Shown one piece after another: positions 1 through 6,476 of a stretch of 6,476 nt of DNA. The notes under the pieces are model-generated. The model saw only the letters and a list, made by a program, of their open reading frames with translations. It did no database searches and was not told the DNA's origin. The stretch comes from Fonticula alba ATCC 38817 (taxonomy: Eukaryota > Protista > Nucleariida). Position numbers and translations under genes: made by a program. The stretch lies in NCBI GenBank assembly GCA_000388065.2, contig KB932218.1; one strand, written 5' to 3'. Position 1 is the first letter of the stretch. Each line of letters opens with the position of its first letter.

Positions 1-1
1 A

Positions 2-679
2 GCCACCCTCCAGATAGAAGCCGGTGTGGCAAGAGGAGCATATCATCTCGCTGTAGCACACCTGGCATTCCCAAGGGCACTGGACGCAGAGGTCGCCGAT
101 CTGGGAATACCCATCATAGCACTGGATGCATCGACGAGAGGAGCTGTCATAGACCATGCAGCCGGGCGGGCAGAAGATGCCGATGGCGCCATCGGCGTCC
201 GGGTCCACCGGAGCCCCCTCATCAGGGGGGATCATCTGGAGCTGGCACAGCTCCGTGCTCTGGGTGCAGAGTGTGCCCTCGCCGCCGAAGGCCATCCCCA
301 TGCCGTGGGGGCAGCTGATGCAGCCGTACTGGTCGCAATTGCCCGGGCAGGAGGCCGGGCAGACCGGCGGCCCGGCCAGGGCATCGACCCGGCGACCGGC
401 GTCCCAGTTGAAGTGCAGCCCATAGTACAGGGCCAGGACCATGCGCTGGTCGCCGCCGGCGGCCCGCAGGGCCAGGGCCATGGCGTCGGCCTCGGGCCGG
501 GACATGCCGGCCACGCTGGCCGCCGTGAGACCCGACAGCAGGGCGTCCAACCCGGGAGGGGCTGCGGCCGCACCCGGCAGCAATACCCAGAGGCAGGCCA
601 TCGCCAGGAGGAGGAAAGCCCGCCGGACATGACGGACACGAACCGGCGGGGGGCGCCGGGAGGGCGGCTCCGCCGGCAT
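2..679 (-). CDS. Cys-rich secreted/cell-surface protein with signal peptide and furin-like (growth factor receptor Cys-rich) repeats; 5' part only, continues past the left edge
   Basis: Hand translation from ATG at 679-677: MPAEPPSRRPPPVRVRHVRRAFLLLAMACLWVLLPGAAAAPPGLDALLSGLTAASVAGMSRPEADAMALALRAAGGDQRMVLALYYGLHFNWDAGRRVDALAGPPVCPASCPGNCDQYGCISCPHGMGMAFGGEGTLCTQSTELCQLQMIPPDEGAPVDPDADGAIGIFCPPGCMVYDSSSRRCIQCYDGYSQIGDLCVQCPWECQVCYSEMICSSCHTGFYLEGG, with no stop. 17 Cys fall in aa 107-226, including the CPxxCxxCxxxxxCxxCxxGFYL pattern typical of furin-like repeats. Codons mostly end in G/C and the start context is CACACC-ATG (A at -3). The listed + ORF 26..1099 is its exact antisense register. 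Confidence 0.9.
   Translation of the reverse strand, partial: MPAEPPSRRPPPVRVRHVRRAFLLLAMACLWVLLPGAAAAPPGLDALLSGLTAASVAGMSRPEADAMALALRAAGGDQRMVLALYYGLHFNWDAGRRVDALAGPPVCPASCPGNCDQYGCISCPHGMGMAFGGEGTLCTQSTELCQLQMIPPDEGAPVDPDADGAIGIFCPPGCMVYDSSSRRCIQCYDGYSQIGDLCVQCPWECQVCYSEMICSSCHTGFYLEGG
560..679 (-). other. Predicted signal peptide coding segment (aa 1-40)
   Basis: Arg-rich n-region (RVRHVRR), hydrophobic h-region FLLLAMACLWVLL (aa 22-34), then PG and small residues AAAA before PP, consistent with a signal peptidase site. Judged by eye, not by a predictor. Confidence 0.75.
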
Positions 680-701
680 GGTGTGCCTTTGGATTTTGCT
701 G

Positions 702-703
<2 letters not shown>

Positions 704-784
<81 letters not shown>
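704..784 (+). repeat. 81-nt poly-G homopolymer (poly-C on the coding strand), about 25 nt upstream of the ATG at 679
   Basis: Uninterrupted G from 704 to 784. The true length is doubtful because such runs are often sequencing or assembly artefacts. Confidence 0.9.
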
Positions 785-785
<1 letters not shown>

Positions 786-1341
786 GCGCGAGTTGTTCGG
801 GAGACGAAGGGAGGGGGCAGACGGGAAGGGACGAGCGGGAGCAAGAGCAGGGCGTGCATGGGGTGCGGTGTCGCACCAGTGGCCGGCCAGGGGGATCGAG
901 AAAAAGACCCCCAGAGCGGGATGTGGCGGCAAGTCCGCATCCGCGCCCAGCGCCATCGCCGGGCGCGTGCGCGATGTCGCCAGGGGGCGGGGCAGATGTC
1001 CGGCGCGGCAGCCTTTGGCCAAGGACAGGGCGCCGACCATTGTTCGGATCCGGCGGGCCCGACCTGGCTGCTGGGCTTTGGCCGGCCGCCAGGCGGTGAG
1101 GCGGGCCCCGGAGCCGGCCTGTAGCGTGGACAGGAGCTGCCTTCTTTTTTTCCTCCCCCCAGAGCGCCCATTGGGCATGCGGGGGGCGGACGCAGGACGA
1201 TCGGTCGCCACGGAACGAAGAGCCAACAGGGGGAGGGTCGGACGGAGCGCGGTGTGCCCGGCGGAGGCCCCACCGGCGAAGGGAGCACTGGCAAGAAGGC
1301 CGCCGTTGGCCGATGCCCCCCCTCCCCGCCCCCCTGGAAGC

Positions 1342-1360
1342 GTGTGTTTGTGTGTGTGTG
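1342..1360 (+). repeat. Imperfect (GT)n microsatellite
   Basis: gtgtgtttgtgtgtgtgtg. Confidence 0.8.
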
Positions 1361-1846
1361 ACCTGGCGAAGGGGCCGACCTGCGTGTGCGGGCCCGGCCT
1401 GGGCGTGGCATGCATGCCGGATCGGGTGGGACATGCCCCGGCGGCCTGGCACCCACAACATAGCTCCGGGGCCTGTAGCGGAACCGGCCCCGAGGGGGCT
1501 CGTGCAGCCCGGGGAGGGGGAGCCCGCGGCCGACGGATGCTCTCCAGGGCTGCGGCACCCGGCTGTGTGCTGGGGGGCGCTGTGAAGTTTTTTGTGGGAG
1601 GGGGGGGGGGGAGCATCATGCGGGCATCCCGACCCGGCGGGCACAAGCCAGCACGCCCGGGGCGCCGGCGCAGGGCCGGGGCTGCATGCTCCCGATGGGG
1701 TGGTCGAGCGGTCGGCCGATCGCAAGGGCCGGCCAGGCGTTCGGGCCCGCGGAAAAGTGGGCCCGGGCAGGACCACACTTGTGGCATGGCGCGCAGGCGC
1801 ACGGGGCCCCCTCTCGCTCGAGGTTGGGGCCATTTTCCTGTGGGCA

Positions 1847-1868
1847 CGTTGGGCCCGCGTTGGGCCCG
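1847..1868 (+). repeat. Perfect tandem duplication of the 11-mer CGTTGGGCCCG
   Basis: cgttgggcccg at 1847-1857 and 1858-1868, with a degenerate third copy gcacgttggcccggg at 1889-1903. Confidence 0.8.
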
Positions 1869-2013
1869 GGCGAATGCCCCTTCACGTGGCACGTTGGCCC
1901 GGGCGGGGCGCGTCGTCGGGCACACCCGAAGGCGGGGCCATCGAGCCCGGGCTGTGGGCCGTGCTGCACGTCGGCGTCGGCGCTGCGGGCATGGCTCCAC
2001 GCCAGGACGGGCC

Positions 2014-2032
2014 GGGGCGGGGCGGGGCGGGG
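2014..2032 (+). repeat. (GGGGC)3GGGG tract, potential G-quadruplex / tandem GC-boxes, truncated by the gap
   Basis: ggggcggggcggggcgggg gives four G4 runs with 1-nt loops and abuts the N gap. Confidence 0.7.
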
Positions 2033-2327
2033 NNNNNNNNNNNNNNNNNNNNNNNNNNNNNNNNNNNNNNNNNNNNNNNNNNNNNNNNNNNNNNNNNNNN
2101 NNNNNNNNNNNNNNNNNNNNNNNNNNNNNNNNNNNNNNNNNNNNNNNNNNNNNNNNNNNNNNNNNNNNNNNNNNNNNNNNNNNNNNNNNNNNNNNNNNNN
2201 NNNNNNNNNNNNNNNNNNNNNNNNNNNNNNNNNNNNNNNNNNNNNNNNNNNNNNNNNNNNNNNNNNNNNNNNNNNNNNNNNNNNNNNNNNNNNNNNNNNN
2301 NNNNNNNNNNNNNNNNNNNNNNNNNNN
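2033..2327. other. Assembly gap (295 N)
   Basis: Run of N, flanked by a G-rich tract on the left and (TC)n on the right. Confidence 1.
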
Positions 2328-2372
2328 TCTCTCTCTCTCTCTCTCGCTCTCGCTCTCTCTCTCCTCCGCGCC
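2328..2372 (+). repeat. Imperfect (TC)n microsatellite / pyrimidine tract, left end in the gap
   Basis: tctctctctctctctctcgctctcgctctctctctc. Confidence 0.9.
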
Positions 2373-3828
2373 CTCTCTTTCCCTCGGCCCCCTCGGCCGG
2401 CAGCCCGTGTGGCGCACGCAACCCGCGACGTGCCGTCCCTCCGCCACGCGACGGGCCACCATTGGTATCCCGCCGCTGCTCCCTCTCGACGGCCGGGTCG
2501 AGCCACTGCACATCTCAGGTCAGGATCGCCGCTCGCCCTGCCAAGCGTATCGGCGGTGGCAGGCACCCGCCCGGCGTCTCCCCGCCGCCGGGCGTGGAGC
2601 AGCCGAATGGCCACAGCTGCCAGTGGCCGCCCATCGGGCGAGGGCCAGGCGGGGGAGCTGGGGCAGGATGTGCCCCGGGGGCCGCCTCCCCCTGCCGGGC
2701 GGCCGGCCCACCGGCGCCTCGGGCCCGTGGACCCGAAGAATAGCAGCGTTCATCGTCACCCCGGATGACGAATTCGGCATGTTGGCCGATCGACCGGTGC
2801 CTCCCCCCCCCCCCCTGGCATGCACTTGCGCTCGCCGCCTCCGCCTGATCTGCCAGCGCTGCCGAGCCCCGCGCCTCGACGCACCATAACCGATCGGCCC
2901 GTCCGTCTGCCCACCGTCCCTGTCGCGGGCCGTCCGGCGATTCGGCCGCCGCAGGCGCCGCCCGGGTGGCGGCCACGTTGCCCGGGGCGGGCCCGGGGCT
3001 TTACCGTCGCCTGTGCCACCAGCGGCGCATGGCTTTCCGGCGGCCCACACGTGCCTGACCGCTCACGAGGCATGGGAGAGGATCGCCCGGTCCCGAGAGC
3101 GAGGGAGGGCGAGAGGGAGAAGCCCGCGGCCGGTGGATTCGCCTCGGTGTCGGAGCCTGCGGCGTCGCCGGTGACCCGCGTCGTCCGCTGTCGAGCGGGG
3201 ATCTTGGCAGGCTTGGCAGTGAGCCGGCCTCCTTCGGCCCCGGCCTCCCCTCGATGTTCGGGAGCCAAGAGTGTGTTTGTGTGCGCGCGCATGGCTCCAG
3301 GGGCGGGGGGGGGGGGGGGACATGCGTCCTGTCAAGCAGCGTGGAGTAGCCGCGCCCGGCGCGCACGTACCCGGCGCACTTGCACCGAAAGGCAGGAGAC
3401 TGGAGTGGCGCCACACCGCCTCGCGCGGCCACGGCGTGGGTCGGGCGTGGGGACGAGGGTGCCGCCCCGTCGGGGCTGGGGCGGTGACACTCCTTCTCCC
3501 GGCCTCGGGCCCGGCGGGCTGATGAGTGGGCCACCTCCTGCATGTTCGGGCCTACGGCCCTGCCCTGGGCGTCTTCCTGCCCGTGCCTCGGGCGCCCGCC
3601 GCGCGATCCCCTTTCCCATCTGTCCCGCCATGGGCCGGCCCCGCTGCTCCATGATGGCGGCCGGGGCAGCGGGCACGCGCGGCGGGGACATTTGCGGCGG
3701 ATCGGCGCGGAGGGGGAGGCGAGGCGGCATCTTCGCGGGGCCGGGGGACCACTTTTGTCCGCCCTCCCCCTTCGTTCCCGGGCCCATGGTCAGTGACCGC
3801 CCCCTCCCTGCAGTTGGCCCTGCGTCAG

Positions 3829-3845
3829 TTTGTGTGTGTGTGTGT
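3829..3845 (+). repeat. (TG)n microsatellite
   Basis: tttgtgtgtgtgtgtgt. Confidence 0.8.
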
Positions 3846-4188
3846 ACATGTGTCTGATGCGGGGGCTCTTGGTCGACGCTGCGCACCCCCGCGAGGAGGG
3901 AACCGGCGCGTGACGGTGTCGCCGGTCGTCGACAGGATTATCCGAGGCCCTGTGACGGGCTCCTGCAGCAGACAGCGACGACGCCGGCCGGCGGGGGCGC
4001 GCCAGGCTGGGGGGGGGCCTCTCGAAGCAGGCCATCAGCCGAGCCGAAGCAAGGGGAGCACCGTGCCACGGGTTCCAGGCGCGGGAGAAAGGCCGCGCAG
4101 CCAGACCCCGGTCCGAGGGAGCATGCCTGGCGCGCAGGCGTCCGAGAGGGAGGGAGCTCGGCTCGTGTCTTTTCGTAAAGTTATTGCA

Positions 4189-4244
<56 letters not shown>
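4189..4244 (+). repeat. Compound microsatellite (CG)8(AG)20
   Basis: (CG)8 at 4189-4204 is directly followed by (AG)20 at 4205-4244. Confidence 0.95.
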
Positions 4245-4248
<4 letters not shown>

Positions 4249-4507
4249 GGTGACACGGGACATCTGGCCTGCACGTTGCCAGTGGCAGAGAAGCACAGAT
4301 AAAGAGGGGCAGGAGCGGTGGCACGATGCGCCCCGCAGGGCCAGGCCAGGCACCTACCTGGCGAGGGGGGCTGTCTTGCCTTTGTGCTTCGGACCGGCGG
4401 CACGAAAAGGCACAAGAGCCAACGAGGTCGCGAGAGGACTCGCCGTGTGGTGCTTTCGCGATGGAGTGGACGGAAGCGGAAAGACCGAGAGGGGGGTGGC
4501 TGCTACT

Positions 4508-4530
4508 GCGGCGGCGGCGGCGGCGGCGGC
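4508..4530 (+). repeat. (GCG)n trinucleotide repeat
   Basis: gcggcggcggcggcggcggcggc, about 7.7 units. Confidence 0.9.
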
Positions 4531-4941
4531 TGTTGGTGGCCCTGCCTCTCGGCCGGGCGGCACCGGCTGCTGGAGCCGATCATATGCGGACCGCTCTGCG
4601 CGTGCCACATACAGGGAAGTCACCGCGTGCCATGATGTGGCCCTGGCGGTGCATGTATGTGTCCCCTCTGCCCCGGCCAGTGGTGGGTCTGCCTGTGCGG
4701 CGTCCGGCGCGCGAGTCTCCGCCCGGCTATCGCGGCAGGGGGAGAGGGGGGGGGCGGGGGTGAATCCGCTCGCTTGCTGGTCCTCTTTCTCTCGGGCTCT
4801 GGCTCCGAGCGCGCTCGGCCAATGTTGGGCATGTGCGGCGGCACCAGCCCTCTCCAGCTTGTGTGCCTCCCCCTCCTTTGAGCGGCCGAGAATCCGTGCC
4901 CGACCATCGGTCCCTGGCCTTCGCATGGGCAGGGGACGTGT

Positions 4942-4943
<2 letters not shown>

Positions 4944-4975
<32 letters not shown>
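4944..4975 (+). repeat. (GT)16 microsatellite
   Basis: Perfect GT alternation from 4944 to 4975. Confidence 0.95.
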
Positions 4976-4976
<1 letters not shown>

Positions 4977-5088
4977 GGTGTGTGATCATGCCCCATCTGG
5001 CCATGTGTGGATTGGGGCATGAGCCGGCCCGTGGACGGAGGAAGGCATGTGCGAGTGCATGGCACCAGGCGGCAGCAGGGGCGAGCAT

Positions 5089-5108
5089 CACACACACACA
5101 CACACACA
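5089..5108 (+). repeat. (CA)10 microsatellite
   Basis: Perfect CA alternation from 5089 to 5108. Confidence 0.95.
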
Positions 5109-5217
5109 AACCTTGCCTTTCGTGTCTGGCCCGTGACGCCCCTCTGCCTTGTCCCCTGGCTGAGGGTGTACGGGGCATTCGAATGGGTTGCACACAGGCC
5201 ATTGCCTTCCAGCCCCG

Positions 5218-5218
5218 T

Positions 5219-5250
<32 letters not shown>
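5218..5250 (+). repeat. Imperfect (TGC)n / (CAG)n trinucleotide repeat
   Basis: tgttgctgctgctgttgctgctgctgctgctgc, 11 units with two TGT variants. Confidence 0.9.
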
Positions 5251-5371
5251 CGTGGGTGTTCCCACACGCGCATATGCGCCGATTGTGAGCGGGCTCGCGC
5301 TTGGGTGGGGATGCTGGCCGTGGACCGGCATGTGTGAACTCTAATCCGGGCGGTGTGGACAGCCAGGTGGG

Positions 5372-5391
5372 NNNNNNNNNNNNNNNNNNNN
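5372..5391. other. Assembly gap (20 N, probably a placeholder size)
   Basis: Run of 20 N immediately before a (CA)n tract. Confidence 1.

Positions 5392-5420
<29 letters not shown>
5392..5420 (+). repeat. (CA)14+ microsatellite, left end in the gap
   Basis: CA alternation from 5392 to 5420. Confidence 0.95.
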
Positions 5421-5423
<3 letters not shown>

Positions 5424-5801
5424 GGCAAGCAGATGTCTTTCTGGAATTGCCAGAGAGAGGGGGCGCTTCTCGGCGCCCGGGAGAGGCTGCTCCGCTGGGA
5501 GAGGGCGAAAAAAGAGTGCCGTGTTTCTGGTGGCCGGGTGCATGAAGATGCCTTCTCCTCTCGCGCGAACGGGATCCCCTCTCAGGCGGCCACCCTCTGG
5601 CCATGGATTATGGGGAAGGGGCGATCAAGGGAAAGACATGCCCCTGCGAGCCATGGGTCTGTGGGGGGTCCCGAGTCCAGGGGGGCATGTGTATTCTCTC
5701 TCGCAGGGACACGAAGCAAGCACACACGGTCCTCCCTTGCCGCGGGCTTGCAGGGAGGGAGATGCGTGAATTTGACCACGCGGGCCGGTATCATGCGTGT
5801 G

Positions 5802-5851
5802 TCTTAATAAATTCCGTTGAAGAAAATATGAGAATATACGATTTGATAATG
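5802..5851. promoter_or_regulatory. AT-rich island; candidate core promoter or nucleosome-free region, or polyadenylation region (AATAAA at 5806-5811)
   Basis: tcttaataaattccgttgaagaaaatatgagaatatacgatttgataat is by far the most AT-rich stretch in the window and lies about 300 nt upstream of ATG 6155. The function is inferred from composition only. Confidence 0.4.
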
Positions 5852-6061
5852 TGAGCGCGACAACCAACGAACGGACCGCTGGCTGGTGCTCCGGTTTGTG
5901 TTCGCTACATCCTGCTGCGTGCGACCCCCTTGCGTGTGTGCTTTTTTTTGTTTGCCGGGCTCCCTCCGGGCTGCTCCTTGGAGGGGCTGTGTGTGGGGAT
6001 CTATTTGTGGGCGTGGGGTGCATGAACGGGGCGCCTCTCCTGGGGCGCATGGCCACCTCTG

Positions 6062-6085
6062 TTTTCCCCCATCCCCCTCTCCCCC

Positions 6086-6129
<44 letters not shown>

Positions 6130-6149
6130 CCTCTCCCTCTCTCTCTCTC
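6062..6149 (+). repeat. 88-nt polypyrimidine tract containing (CT)n
   Basis: Only one purine (A6071) between 6062 and 6149; the tract ends 5 nt before ATG 6155. Confidence 0.95.
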
Positions 6150-6154
6150 ATCAT

Positions 6155-6476
6155 ATGTTGGCTTCAAGGACGGCCGTGCGAGCCCTGCGTGCGTGGGGCT
6201 CGCCGGCATTGGCGACGGCGGCGGCGGCCCGGCGGGGCTGGTCTCTGGCCCGGGGCCACACACCGGTCGCTCGGGGCCAGGTTCCCCCCTGGCCACCAAC
6301 GGGGGCGTGTATGCGACAGCATGCCCGGCCATCATCATGGCTCCTGGGGGCATGTCGCTGCTCCATATGCGGGCGTTCTCCTCGGCCGCCGAAAGCACGA
6401 CCACCAAAGTGGCCACATCCACCGGGTGTGCGAATTACGACGCCGAGTGCGCCGGGGCGCGGCTCTGCCGGGCCAT
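6155..6476 (+). CDS. Probable 5' end of a gene with a mitochondrial-presequence-like N-terminus; exon structure uncertain, runs off the right edge
   Basis: ATG 6155 reads MLASRTAVRALR (Arg/Ala/Ser/Leu-rich, no acidic residues). Removing 6189-6280 (GTGCGT...GGCCAG, 92 nt) joins it to a frame reading RSPLATNGGVYATACPAIIMAPGGMSLLHMRAFSSAAESTTTKVATSTGCANYDAECAGARLCRA, in which about 51 of 62 codons from 6289 end in G/C. No homolog was recognised, and a minus-strand frame shares the same third codon positions. Confidence 0.35.
   Translation, partial: MLASRTAVRALRAWGSPALATAAAARRGWSLARGHTPVARGQVPPWPPTGACMRQHARPSSWLLGACRCSICGRSPRPPKARPPKWPHPPGVRITTPSAPGRGSAGP

Noticed and set aside
179-196. 18-bp perfect palindrome GCCGATGGCGCCATCGGC
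   Set aside because: A single instance inside coding sequence (ADGAIG); a 9-bp arm in GC-rich DNA of this length is not unlikely by chance.
26-1099. 357-aa plus-strand ORF
   Set aside because: It is the exact antisense register of the Cys-rich CDS and then runs through the poly-G tract; it has no independent protein features.
680-1615. In-frame upstream extension of the Cys-rich CDS (frame open to 1615, ATGs at 859, 1171 and 1411 among others)
   Set aside because: It depends on the exact length of an unreliable 81-nt homopolymer, would add poly-Pro and low-complexity sequence, and would bury the signal peptide. ATG 679 has good context.
222-2513. Long minus-strand ORFs 222..2513 and 232..1833, and + ORF 784..2889
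   Set aside because: Arg/Pro/Gly/Ala-rich translations that cross N gaps or homopolymers and are out of frame with the real gene; explained by stop-codon scarcity at high GC.
2820-3857. 345-aa Pro/Arg-rich plus-strand ORF
   Set aside because: A hand tally over the first ~100 codons gave similar A/T counts at the three codon positions (about 24/28/25), so no coding periodicity; the ORF also runs through a G run and a TG microsatellite.
4463-4486. Walker A-like GVDGSGKT in ORF 4184..5344, reminiscent of thymidylate kinase P-loops
   Set aside because: It is followed by a poly-Ala repeat rather than any kinase fold, uses GGA three times unlike the G/C-ending bias of the real gene, and sits in a purine-rich tract in an ORF crossing several microsatellites. 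The pattern is short enough to arise by chance; an HMM search of flanking sequence would settle it.
4354-5543. Minus-strand ORFs with poly-Ala and poly-Gln tracts (4354..5331, 5088..5543)
   Set aside because: The homopeptides are translations of trinucleotide repeats, and the frames also read through (CA)n tracts as HTHT or CVCV; no domain or consistent splice structure was seen.
5625-6422. 265-aa minus-strand ORF
   Set aside because: It has a GTG start just after an in-frame TAA, and the C-terminal two-thirds translate the (GA)n tract and AT-rich island. Only 6155-6430 has any coding-like bias, and that is covered in the right-edge finding.
1-6476. CRISPR array, tRNA/rRNA, transposon termini, telomeric repeats
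   Set aside because: No regularly spaced repeat-spacer units, cloverleaf or rRNA-like sequence, terminal inverted repeats with target duplications, or TTAGGG-type arrays were seen.

Overview
GC-rich (roughly 70% by eye), microsatellite-dense eukaryotic genomic DNA from a draft assembly, with two N gaps and several long homopolymers. The one well-supported gene is missing from the ORF track because it runs off the left edge. It is a minus-strand CDS starting at ATG 679 and open to position 2 (226 codons, no stop). It encodes a signal peptide, a ~65-aa Cys-free segment and then furin-like/growth-factor-receptor Cys-rich repeats, i.e. the N-terminus of a secreted, surface or receptor protein. 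At the right edge a plus-strand gene probably starts at ATG 6155, after an AT-rich island and a long pyrimidine tract; it looks like a mitochondrial presequence but needs a 92-nt intron or a 1-nt frameshift to stay protein-like. The ~5.5 kb between them appears to be mostly non-coding divergent spacer, and its long ORFs are best explained by stop-codon scarcity in GC-rich DNA. Base composition, repeats and protein style recall GC-rich protists such as Fonticula, but that is only an impression. I found no convincing novel multi-gene system. The best leads are the Cys-rich protein with its unassigned N-terminal segment, the cryptic right-edge gene and a CATG/GCATG excess.
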